Source: Rhizodiscina lignyota
Lineage: Eukaryota
Length of the DNA stretch: 64,000 bases
Direction: 5' to 3'
Assembly: GCA_010015805.1 (NCBI GenBank)
Contig: ML978121.1
Coordinates: 2,108,001 to 2,172,000 of the forward strand
Position numbers and translations under genes: made by a program. Below the pieces are notes generated by a model that made no database searches, was not told the origin of the DNA, and was given only the letters and a program-made list of their open reading frames with translations. Of this stretch, positions 11,474 through 23,096 are shown piece by piece; position 1 is the stretch's first letter, and each line of letters starts with the position of its first letter.

Positions 11474-12727
11474 CTTGGAGAATTGCAAGACACGTGTGGG
11501 ATATTTATTAAGAAAGATCAGTGTCAGGGCGAGTGAGGAAAGTGAGAGTAGATTTCGATGAGAAATATCAAGATCATGTACTCGGCGCCTAGGGCCTAGG
11601 CTCTAGCTATGTGACACAAAGGGTTAAACTGAGACAATCACGAATGCTCGAGTTTAGCGCCCATGTAAAAGTTGGACAGAATCTATGCTAGATTGCCGTA
11701 TACTTTAAGCCAAATCGAATATGCTCGGAATATGAACGATCGCAGCTGTACTGGCCTCGGAGTATCAATAGCATTCTGCACGGGATTTCCACAACATAAA
11801 GCACACAGAGTTCCAGAATCGATAGAATGCCGAACGGAGTGTGCACAGTTCCGAGTTTCAGAGCTTTCGAGCTTCAATTATATGCTGCATTGGAGCTACT
11901 TAAGCTCAAGTGTACTGAAATTCCCACTTCAAGCCTATCCGGTACTGAATCTGTTCAGCGGCGACGACATTTCAGGTTGAAGGCCTCCTGACTAATGGAG
12001 AGTATTACAGACGACCGGTTCTTGGCTGTGTGCTCCGAGGCCGTTCAAATGCTCCTGGAGTCCGCTTATGGTCAGTGAGACTGGCGTTGAATTTTCAAAG
12101 CTAACTTGGAGATTACGAATGAAGAGCTTCTACGGCTGTGGGATGACAGGCGTGTTGAACGTACGCAGAGTCCCCTTGAAGGCGGCGACCTTGTTGTCAA
12201 AGGCAAGCTGATGAAGGTCGATAGATGAGAGGATGAACTGCAGGACTGCCTCCTGTGCTGTGGTTTGAATATACATGGAATGTATTTGAATGGCGCGATA
12301 TTATTTTCGAAAGCAATATGACAATAGCTAGAAGTTGAGAGATCGGGCTTCCGAACTGTCCACTCATACGCGGTTTCAATGTACGCGGGCTCCGTGAGAG
12401 CTTTGCAACTGAAGTTGAAAGGAGCTGACCAAGGCCAACTACATGGAGAGGTCCACAGAGTCCCATTGCGTACCATTGCAAATGACGGCAGCAATACCTA
12501 ATATAGTCCAACAATCGCCGAGTCCTAAATGAAGCTGCTTATTAAGCCATGTATCTCTACGCTATTCAATTCACGGTGGGATGCGGTCACGAAAGCTTGG
12601 AGAGCACTTTGAACTTTTAATTGCCACCCACGGCGGGGTGGGCTTCTCTCATTTCACGACCTATCGAGTTCTTACAAATCCACCGCCATCCCCACACCCC
12701 CCACACCGAACTGCCCCCAACCACCGC

Positions 12728-14181
12728 CTACGACCTCTCTCCGCCCTCGTCTGAGACGTCGTCAAACAGACGACCGCCCGCCAGCGCGTGCTCCGCCGAG
12801 TGATAAGTGGGGCCGCCGCCCCGTCCCGACATCGTCGACAGGCTCCTGCTGAGCCTCCTCTCCGGCTCCCCTGCCTCGGCGAGTGAAGCAGGGAAGCCAG
12901 CAGAGCGTGGCGTTGAGCCGGCCAAGGAAGAGATGGCGGGAGACTTGACAGAGGTGGTCGGCTGCTCGACGGCCTGATTGGCTGGCGCCGGTGCGTAGCG
13001 CGGCTGGCCGGGGTAGCTGCTTCTGTCTGTGGCCGAAGGGACGTCGGGAGGAGGCTCTGACCGGGGGTTGCGGCTCAAGGGCAGGGATTCAAGCTCGATG
13101 GCAGTGGACTGGGACGGTTGCGGCGCCGATGCCGGAGTACTGCCTTCTGCCTCCTGGATACCGAGGCGTGCGGCTCCAGCAGGCCGGTTCGATGTCGATG
13201 GACCGGTTATTTCGTTGATATGCCGGCCCATACGGTCAGCGATTGCGATCATGATCCAATATATGAGACCAAAGAGGCCGATCGCAGCGATTGAGCCGAT
13301 GACTATACCCGCAATGGCACCGGGCGACAGATAAGTGCCTGCGCCTGAATCACCATCAAAGATTCTGACAGATGTGGAGGCAAGCGACGACGTAGAAGAT
13401 GAAGGATCTGATGTCTTCGACGCAGGAGACGAGGTAATTGACGAACTGAACGACGAGCTGGCTGACGAGGTGTTCGAGGATACTGTGGTCGTACTTGGTG
13501 CTCCAGATGCTGTCGACCCAGTAGTGATGAGGTTTGCATACGAAGTAGTGACAGTGAGTCCAGTGGTCGAGCAGTACATCGCATATTGGTCGTAGTAGTC
13601 GTTGGTGAGCAACACGCACTTCGGCGCCGCAGAAGAGCTATGAGGCCCATGAGCAGTAACGGTTCTTGTAGATTGGTCCTCCGACCCCAATCTCACCAAA
13701 CAACACATCCGCCTGTGTTCATGTCGCAGTCGGCCTTGCTGTTGGGGTTGTACTCGATGCACGTGGTTCGCGGAGCGCAGCTTGAGCTAGAGAGTTGTAA
13801 GCATTGCAGTAATGACACGGCAAGAGAGATCCGTACACAGAACAGCAGCCAATATAACCATCCAAGCCAGTGTAACAAGTTCCAGTAGGACAGGTCACTG
13901 CAAAATTGTTAGTCGCGTTGTGTACAAACTCGATGCTTCACTTGGCGCGACTCACAGATGCCAACGCCATCGCAATTGGTGTGCAGAGAAGGTTGATTGG
14001 CAAACATGCCGCCGCCAGCGAGCTTGGTACCATTGTGCGGCTGGAGGTTGACGCGCTCAGCGAGCTGGGAAGGCAGAGAAGGAGCTGGCGTGATCGCATG
14101 GCCCGAGATCTGCGTGATAAATAACGCGTAGAGGAGAGTGAGGAGCATTGGAATGACTGGAGCCATCTTGTGCAGCTTCAT
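12728..14181 (-). CDS. Single-pass type I membrane protein with Cys-rich ectodomain and Ser/Thr stalk (Mid2/Wsc-like surface sensor architecture)
   Basis: Signal peptide (MLLTLLYALFITQISG), spliced Cys-rich exons (TCPTGTCYTGLDGYIGCCS, CAPRTTCIEY..CDMNTGGCVV, PKC..YC), S/T tract, TM helix LSPGAIAGIVIGSIAAIGLFGLIYWIM and disordered tail. Start is 14181 or 14166. Confidence 0.75.
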
Positions 14182-14754
14182 GATAGAAAGGTTGTTGGTA
14201 GAAGCCAAGTAGGTAGAAAGTGTATGAAAGTGGAAGAGGGAGAGAGAGGTTGCTGTTTGTTTTCTTTTGTTTTGTAGGCAGATGTGGCCACGCCCACGCC
14301 ATGAACAACAGACACAACACCCGCGTCGGCTTGGCGATAGTCAAGCATGTGTGACGCAGAACACCAATATTTTAGCCGCCGCCAATTTAACACCAATTTG
14401 ATGGAAGGTGCAATTTCCGCGTTCAACCGAGCCCGCGAGAACTCTTTTCCCGCAACAATGCAATCGTGTTTGCCGCTCGGCCAGGAGCGAGTCGCCAGCT
14501 TCGCTCGAACGGCTCAGATGAAATAGAGCGAGTTTGCGAATCGAATGGTGAACTCAAATATTGAAATTGAATAAAGAGAAACCTGGCATGTTCGGGTATC
14601 TCCACCGCTGCTTCGCCATACCAGAACATTGGAGGTCACTACGTGAACTAGACATAACCATCACCGGTATCCTCAGTAATGCCGTCCAACTCGCCATGTC
14701 ATGAATCATTCAACTCATTCACTGAGTTGTTGTTAAGCACTGAGTGACCTGAGT

Positions 14755-17019
14755 CTACGTGCGGTCTAAATCCAACGAATCTGCATACGCGCCATGCGTC
14801 TTATTGATCCCGTCGACGAAGCGCTCCCACTTGTCACCCCAAATCTCCTTGGCCCTTTGCTTGTCGTTCTTGCCGTCCTTATCGTTCTCTTCTGATAAGC
14901 AGCTGTGTTCCAAGCTCCATAGAGCAAGCTGCTTCCAACCATGCAAATTCATCGTCGTTGAGCCGACCATGACTTGGTAGAACTCTAAATTAAGGCCCGA
15001 GCTATGCCAAAGATCACCCCTACGGTCAGTAACGTAAGATTTCGTATGAAACGGGGAAAACCAAACGCAATCGTACCTGAAGAGAGAAGGGTTGTCACTA
15101 TTGACTGTGCACGGAATACCCAGTGCAAGAAGTTCTGGGTATGGGTGCTCCTTGATGTTGCGGCACAGGTGCAGCAATTCGTTCGACGTCGGGCAGAGCT
15201 CAATACAGATCTTGCGCTTACGGAATTCCTCTGCGAGTTCTGGATGCTTGACAAGTGAAAATCCGTGCCCAATCCGCTTTGCACCCAGAGCGACGCTATC
15301 GTACAAGTTTGAGTTTTCTGGGTTCCGCGATCCACCTCTGTCTAGGAGTGTTTCACCGGCATGAAACAGAAATGGGATCTTAATCTTGAGCGACTGGCAG
15401 GCTGCCTGGAACGCGAGAAGCTCGTCCTTGTAGTATCCGATGTGGTTTGGCCGATCTTCAGCACCCACCAGATCGAAACCTGTGTAACATGAGTATCTAT
15501 TCCTACGAAACTATGGTCTAGTTCGAACTTACCGCAAATCAAGTCTGGGAAGTCTAGCTTCAGTTTAATGCAGTCCTGAAGCTCAGACTTCATCTTCTGC
15601 TTTGGAATTGACCTCGGAGTGCAGTAGATGATTTTGAGCCCGAATGGAAAATCATCAAGGCGACCTTCTTTCTTCAAGGACTCCTTTTTCTTCTCCACTT
15701 CTTCCAAGATGATTTCCATCTGCTTATGATTCGAAACTTGTGCCGTTCCGTCGTCATTTGGAATTGACTTGTCCATGAGCATCGGGCGCAGTTCCGCAAA
15801 CATGACGTTCTCGCTAATCATGTCATCAATGAGTGCGCCAATATACCAACGATAGATCGATTCATAGTTCATCAAGCCCTTAAAGCATCGCGTTCCCTGA
15901 TTGAACCTCGCCCAGATCCTGTGATGTAGTCAGTAACGGATTGCGTAACTTGTATTTAAGCTGAGAATCATTACTTGTTCGTTGTTTGGCGTATGCCATA
16001 AACGTCCTCCTCGCCAAGCACCATCTTGGTCATAATCCAATCATCCGCATCCACATCGTACTTGGTCTTCAACGCTTCACTAAATGCTGACCATTTTATC
16101 CAGGGGTTGTTTGTCTTGTCTTTGGCGTCCGGGTTATATTTGTCCGAGAAGATGTCCGCGGCGGGCGTATCCTTTGGGAGCACATTGAACACCATCTCCG
16201 AATTCAGGTCGTCGAGAGACTCTCTGCTTGTCAAGGGCCGTGTGGACCTGATAAATAATGTATCTGGCACTTTATTTTTTGCTTCGGCCAATAGAACAGC
16301 TGGATGGAACTCCGAGTTAAAGTGAATGTGTAAATGGGCGCCTTTTGGCATGAGTTGTGCCATCTCGTACACCTTGCTCGCCTTGATCCTCTCCTTGTTG
16401 GTAAGGAATTGACCGCCCATGTCACGAGTCTCTGGTCCTGGAATCGCCTCAGACGCCTTGTCTCCGAACAGGTGTTCGCGTTCATGCTCCCTGATTTTGA
16501 GAAGGATGGCGTTTGCTTTGATCTCGGCATCCGAGGCACTGTCTTTGGCTTCACGATACCAGCAATTCTCCTTTTCTCGGTCAATTAGGCCTGTTCGGTC
16601 CTTGTCGTACTTGATCCTGAGGTCAACAGAATTCGACATTCCAGCATCAAACACCGATGCGATGTCTGGATTCCCGTTCACACCATTTGAGCTCAAGCTG
16701 TCCTTTGGAGTGCCCATGGCCACGACGCTTCTCTTGCGCTTGCTGTTTCGTTTGTCGGAACTGAAGAGATTCTTTACTGTTTTGCTTGCGTTAACGAAGC
16801 GTCGTGTTGGCGACTTATCGATGCTGGAGGTTGTAAGTAAGATGCTTTGTTCAGCCCGCATGCAGCGCACAGAAGCGGTCAAGCCACCACCGCCTCAAAG
16901 CAAAGGTGAATGAAAATTGTGAATTCATTCACTAGTAACACATACCCTCCGGAGCGGGTCCTGCTCCGTAGCACCCGTGGTTCATCAATTGGATCAGTGC
17001 CGTCGCTCATTGCGGGCAT
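14755..17019 (-). CDS. Adenosine deaminase family protein, ADA2/CECR1/ADGF-like
   Basis: MPKGAHLHIH, LKIIYCTPRS, GFDLVGAED (spliced), FLFHAGETL, KRIGHGF, IELCPTSN and NSDNP motifs across several exons. The 5' exon (MPAMSDG..., 17019) is tentative. Confidence 0.88.
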
Positions 17020-18257
17020 AGTGTGGACGCGGCCATGAACCTCGTATATTGAAACAATTGGCTTGAATGAGGGAATTTCTGAATAATGCATGGTAAGCGT
17101 ATACTCGTATACCCAAAAAGTAAATCTCAAAATATAGGCAAAGATCGAAGTAACTTTGAAGCGACGACTTCCAAGATACCAAAGAGCTAGGGGCAGGCTT
17201 CAGTATGCGCTGAGGGGGATATATCACCTCAGTCACTTATGCCGGCGCAGGCAACAATAAAACTCCTTTCTGTCACGCTATCAAAGGGAAGGGATTGCGC
17301 CTGATGGCAATGAGAGCTAGAAGCGGCGCAGGGCTGTCAAAGCACTAGCTGGACTGACAGGACCGTCAAGAGCACGCGACTAGTTCACCGTTCAACAAGA
17401 GTCGCGCGCAGAAAGAGCTGCTGTCGCTATTAAAGGACAGAGAGAGCTTGCTACAGTACAGTTTGCTGCGCTCTCATGCCGATATTGAGCAAGCAAAAGA
17501 GGATGCGAAAGTTGAACTCACGTCACTGGAATGGCGGGGGGTTGGTATCGCTGTGGTACGTGCCTTTGTCGCATTCACGGGATACCGATCGGCTTGACAC
17601 CGCAATCGAAAGAACAGTGGCTGTAAAGCAGATCGACGTGCTGGTGAAGAGTCGCAAGGGGTTTGAGATGGGGGAAGATTGTTTGTGGCAGTACGGTGAG
17701 GCCTGAAAGCGGATGCCGTCGAAATGCCAAGGCTGGGAAGGCTGAGGCGCGCTCCCTCTCACGCTGACGCTCGAGAGTGAACTGGAACTAAACAATCAGG
17801 CCCCTCAGCCCGACCGGCCACCAGCGACGGGAACGGGTATCAGTGTACTTGACGACATCTCGGCGCCTTAAATCGCTGCCTCAGGCCACACCCTCACCGG
17901 CGGCCGCAGCGAGAGTGTCCTGCAGGTCATCCTCCATATCACTGGTGATGGCCACGAGGCGCAGTCCATGCGTATGAGGCTTTCGCCCATGCCAGGGTGC
18001 GGAACGGCGGTGGTTCAATGTTCCAAAGCCACCCAGCGCCTACTGATGTGCGGCTGAGCATCGAAAACTGCACGAAAACACCGCAGTTCTCCAAGCTCCA
18101 GGCAAGAATCTGCTTCAATTCCCTCAAGAGCTCGTCTCTACCTACGCAGCTTTGGAGTCCTTTACATACTCTCCAACTCATGCATCCGTTCAGATCGACT
18201 CTGGTGCCACAATTACCATCGCGGTAGCCGAGTTACAGGGAAAAGAAGCTGGTCACC

Positions 18258-19874
18258 ATGGGTAAAGGTCTCAGTTGGATTGAAGGCTCTTTCATCAAAA
18301 ACCTACAACTTGACATTGTCGGTTTCCTCGCCATTTTAGGCGAAGGTTCAGTGACGGCCAATATCCAAGTGTCTACCCTCTCAAAGCTCATCTTTCTCCC
18401 GCGTCTCCTCCCAGCACCTCAAGTCTTCCTCCGCCCAAGTCGCGACACGCAGCTCGAACGAAATGCTGGCAACGTCACCGGTGTCTTTTCAGGAAACGAC
18501 AAGGACTATGTTCACTATATTGGTCATGTTGTGTTGTAAGATCTCCATTACATCCGAAGATGCTGGCATGCGGACACATTAACCCTACTCAGAGACGCAG
18601 AGTCCATGCCCGACTACTCGGTCCGTTGCGTCCAGATCACCAATAACTCGAAAGGCAAAGTCAAGGCGCGAACGAAAGGCCCCCTCTCCCTCCTCGCCGC
18701 GCTAGGCTGTGCTGAATCCATCGCCATTCTCATTGTCTCCGTATGGAATGGCGATGGTATGGCTATGCTCGCCGTTCTCCTCTTGTCCTTCCTCTCCTCA
18801 CTCGCCGGCCTTTCGAATTGGTGGAAATTGGAACTCCCAAAGCGACGACAGTTACGACGAAAACCACGCGATAAGGTCAAGACAATACGAAGCGAGAAGA
18901 AATTGGAAGAAGCTCGCTCACTAAGATTGACTTGGCCATTGAAAAAACCTCCGACCAGAACGAAGATCCAACATGGCGAAACGATAAAAACTGTTCCTCC
19001 GAAGGGAGATGTCGTTATCAGGTACCCAAATGGAAGCTTTCTCGTGGTCGAGTGTGACGAAGACGTCGCTAGACAACTATACTTTGCTCCGGAGAATGTC
19101 TACTATCTCATCGAAAGCCCCTGGGTGTACCGGTTGATGTCCCTCGCAGGGACTTTGATGCTCATGCTTGGGATTGTTGCTCTCGGTAACGCTGAGAATG
19201 TACAACAAATCATCTTCGCGGGCTGCTACATGCTTTTAAATGCTGGTTACTGGATTGTTGCCGCCATGCCTGCCTCGGCTCACTGGGACCTTTCTGCTTT
19301 TGAGATCAAGAAACAGAGGTTGGAGGTTCAGGACGACAACAAGCAAGACGATTCTGATGACGAGGACGACTATGATTATGACGAAATGACCGAGTGGCAG
19401 AAGTACCGTGCGAAGAAGGCCCAACGTAAGATGAAAGAGAAGGCGAGGGGAACTTTTACAGACCTCAATACCGGCTTCACTTGGGCTCTGTGGAAGACTA
19501 TCGTAGCCACTAAAAGCATTGACTGGGTGAAGAAGAATGATGCTCTTCCAGAAACTCCCATCTGGCACAAGTGGCTAAACGATGCCCTGGAGAAAGCTCA
19601 GTCGCAAGGATCGTATGAGGCCACAGTCGAAGGCTACGATTACCCAGTGAAGTCATTCATCGTGCCTGATTGGGATCCGCTGCAGCATTTTTACGATTTA
19701 CTCGACGAGTCGAAGCAAGAGCAGGCCAAGACCGCGAAGACTACCGAAGGCAAGGTCGACATTGCAAAGTCAACAGCAGTCGAAGGTACCGATTCACCAA
19801 CAACTCAATTCGAAGACAGCGACTTTATTCCTGCCGGCCCTCGACGAGCAGCAACGTTAAAGGTAGATGGTTGA
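18258..19874 (+). CDS. Uncharacterised multi-pass membrane protein (2 exons)
   Basis: Exon 1 (LQLDIVGFLAILGEGSV...LPRLLPAPQ), intron ~18536-18592 (GTAAGA..ATTAAC..CAG), and four hydrophobic helices in exon 2. Confidence 0.8.
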
Positions 19875-20715
19875 GATGCGTGGGCCAAAAAGCATTGAAC
19901 ATGACACGACACGAAGTTACGATTACGACTTGCTCCATTTTCTATTAGCCGTCGAGAGCATTCAAGCGACATGGTTTGGTCATTGGTCTTAATGAATAGC
20001 GAATTACGACATCCTCTGCGAGTACAATTTGTATATTAGAAGAATCATTTTTAAACGGTCTTCCAAAGGAGGCTTTCTATTCCATCATGTCGAAATTGCC
20101 GCTGAAACTTAACATCCGTGGAGCCCATTGAACAAGATGTCGATACTTCAATAGATACCGTATCATGTTGAGTGTAGGATGATACACTCGGTATAGATAA
20201 GATTTTCCTATAAAGGCTAGTCACTTCCCATCAAGGCTAGCGATTTGCCTGATAGGGTCCGTTGCAGCGTTACGGCGGAACACTGCCGTGTTTTCGAATA
20301 CCTAGAAATGTTACGGTATAGTATCTGTTAGCCAAAGAACGATGGAAGCGCGGTAACTACTCTGCCGACCATACGGAGCAAATTTAATCATCACACCACA
20401 GGATCGGATGGTTCGGGGCTCCTGCCCCTGATCTCACTGCCAAGAAGCTAATTTTACTAATCAGGTCTAGCCTTTCCCGGAGGGCAAGGGTCGCAAATCC
20501 TTGCTCCTCATTTCCTATGCGAAATATGTCTCCTACCACAGCCACAGTCACATCTCTTCTCTTCCACCTTCTCTTCTTCCACTCCTTCTCCATATACGCT
20601 TCGAATCCGCTACCGCGCGAACCCAACTTCCTGTCTAAACTTCCGTACTGTGTTTGAGTCAGTCTCTAACCTGTGCGGTCAAGTTGGTTTCGCTGGAGGA
20701 CCTCTTAGTAAAGCT

Positions 20716-20921
20716 GTAAGTCCCACGCATGCTCATTGCTGTGTAAGGCGCCGTTCGCATTCAGCGTTAGCCGCATATGCAACCGGAGGTGCCGGATGAT
20801 ACTACGACATTCATTTATACCCAACCTCCCGCGATTTTCAGCGTATTCTTTTTGCGCGTCATTGCGTTCGTTTGTTTCGCATTCGAATCAATTGAGGCTG
20901 ACGCTCATGACTTCGACATAG
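20716..20921 (+). other. Probable 5'-UTR intron of LCB2 (~206 nt)
   Basis: GTAAGT donor at 20716, GCTGAC branch near 20897 and TAG acceptor at 20921. Lies downstream of a CT-rich initiation region (~20530-20600) and upstream of ATG 21069. Confidence 0.55.
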
Positions 20922-21068
20922 AAATCCTTTTCTGACCGCGCTTACACCCTCGCCGCGTCAACCTCCGCCGTAAACCGCCACAACCTTACTCCGAATATAC
21001 TGTGTGCAGTCCTTGCGATTGAGATTGATAGACTGTGGTTACACTCTATACGTCAAAGAAGCATCAAG

Positions 21069-23096
21069 ATGCCGTCTCTGGTGAATCCATTCTCCAAAGA
21101 CTCCAACACGAACAGCACGACCCTCGATGCTTATGACGAGAAGAAGACGATTCGTCGATCCTCTGTGGGCAAAGCTGGCAGCCGTTTGACATCCTTCTTC
21201 TCCACATCGCCAAAGAATCGATCAAGCGACGCTTCTCTACATTCGACAGCATCTCAACAAACTCCCTTTTCTGCTTCCAATCAAATCAACTCTGCCACTC
21301 TTTCTCTTCCAACGATAAGCCTCTCGACAGCCACGGGCGAAAAATCGAAAACGGAAGGGCCTCTCACACTGTTCCAACCTCCCTCACCCGTCGAGGTACG
21401 CCGGGTACAACGACAACATGCGCAGTTCGGCCCATTAGGCTCGAAAAACCACCTTTACTCCAGCCGGTTCGAAGGCGGCGAGTTCCCTGATCCGATTGAA
21501 GATGAACCTCCGTACTTCTTCCTCCTCACAACATACGTCAGCTACCTCATCCTCATTATATTCGGTCATGTGCGAGACTTTTTCGGCAAGAGATTCCGCG
21601 AGGAGCGTTATAGGCATCTTAAAGCCCAAAACGGCTATGCACCGCTTAACAGCGACTTCGACAACTTCTATGTGCGCAGATTGAAAGGTCGTATAAATGA
21701 CTGTTTCTCACGGCCAATCACTGGTGTTCCTGGACGTTTCATCACTCTGCTAGATCGTCGCAGAGGCGAATCCGACTTTAAGTTTCAATTCACGGGCACA
21801 ACCACCGAAACATTGAACATGAGCTCATACAACTACCTGGGATTTGCGCAATCAGAAGGGCCGTGTGCTGAGGCTGTAGAGGCTTGCATACGGAAAAATG
21901 GCTTCAGCACAAGCAGCACTAGGTCAGAATCGGGAAATACAGATCTGCATCTCGAGACCGAGGAGCTCATTGCCAAATTCGTTCGCAAGCCAGCTGCCAT
22001 GGTTTTCTCCATGGGCTTTGTTACGAATGCTTCGTCATTCCCGGCCCTTGTCGGAAGAGGATGTCTCATTATCTCCGACGAGCTCAACCATTCTTCGATC
22101 CGTTTTGGCGCGCGTCTGTCCGGCGCAATGATTGAGATGTTCAAACACAATGACATGAACGACTTAGAACGCTTACTGCGGCGTGTCATTTCTCAGGGCC
22201 AACCACGTACGCACCGCCCTTGGAAAAAGATCCTTGTCGCTGTCGAAGGTCTTTATTCTATGGAGGGCACAATGTGCAACTTACCTGGGCTTGTCAGGCT
22301 CCGGAACAAGTACAAGTTCAATCTTTTTGTGGACGAGGCTCACTCAATTGGTGCTCTTGGACCGCAGGGCCGTGGCGTCTGTGATTATTTTGGCATAGAT
22401 ACCTCTGAGGTCGACATCCTGATGGGAACACTCACCAAGTCCTTCGGAGCCAATGGCGGTTATATCGCAGCCGAAAAACACATCGTCGACAAACTAAAGG
22501 CCACGAATGCTGCAACAATGTTCGGTGAAGCGCCTACGCCACCAGTTCTCACGCAAATTTGCAGTGCACTTCGAATTATCATTGGCGACGTCGCACCCGG
22601 ACATGGTGAAGAGCGGTTACAGAGACTGGCTTTCAATTCTCGGTATCTTCGGTTAGGACTCAAGCGCCTGGGTTTTATTATCTACGGCCATGACGATTCG
22701 CCAATCATTCCTCTTTTGCTCTACAACCCCGGAAAGATGCCTGCATTTTCACATGAGATGCTCCGACGCAAGATTTCGGTCGTTGTTGTTGGTTACCCGG
22801 CCACACCACTTGCTTCTTCCCGAGCACGTTTCTGTGTGTCGGCGGCGCATACCAAAGACGATCTGGACCGTATGCTGGCGGCATGCGACCAGATCGGCGA
22901 GGTGCTGCAGTTGAAATTTTCAAGCGGCATCGCGGGAGGAGCCGAGCCCATCCCTGAAGGTCTTACCAATGCCGAAGAGGCCAGCATTGCTCAGCAGCTT
23001 GAAAACGGGGCGAGTGTTACAATCAAGCCTCCTCGATGGCGACTTGAAGAAGTTCTGAAACGAACCGTCGATGATGTCAAGGACCCATTACGTTAA
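21069..23096 (+). CDS. LCB2: Serine palmitoyltransferase subunit 2
   Basis: Intronless 675 aa ORF with LNMSSYNYLGFAQ, SDELNHSSI, EGLYSMEG, DEAHSIGA, PLP lysine motif GTLTKSFG and VVVGYPATPL..SRARFC. Confidence 0.96.
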   Translation: MPSLVNPFSKDSNTNSTTLDAYDEKKTIRRSSVGKAGSRLTSFFSTSPKNRSSDASLHSTASQQTPFSASNQINSATLSLPTISLSTATGEKSKTEGPLTLFQPPSPVEVRRVQRQHAQFGPLGSKNHLYSSRFEGGEFPDPIEDEPPYFFLLTTYVSYLILIIFGHVRDFFGKRFREERYRHLKAQNGYAPLNSDFDNFYVRRLKGRINDCFSRPITGVPGRFITLLDRRRGESDFKFQFTGTTTETLNMSSYNYLGFAQSEGPCAEAVEACIRKNGFSTSSTRSESGNTDLHLETEELIAKFVRKPAAMVFSMGFVTNASSFPALVGRGCLIISDELNHSSIRFGARLSGAMIEMFKHNDMNDLERLLRRVISQGQPRTHRPWKKILVAVEGLYSMEGTMCNLPGLVRLRNKYKFNLFVDEAHSIGALGPQGRGVCDYFGIDTSEVDILMGTLTKSFGANGGYIAAEKHIVDKLKATNAATMFGEAPTPPVLTQICSALRIIIGDVAPGHGEERLQRLAFNSRYLRLGLKRLGFIIYGHDDSPIIPLLLYNPGKMPAFSHEMLRRKISVVVVGYPATPLASSRARFCVSAAHTKDDLDRMLAACDQIGEVLQLKFSSGIAGGAEPIPEGLTNAEEASIAQQLENGASVTIKPPRWRLEEVLKRTVDDVKDPLR

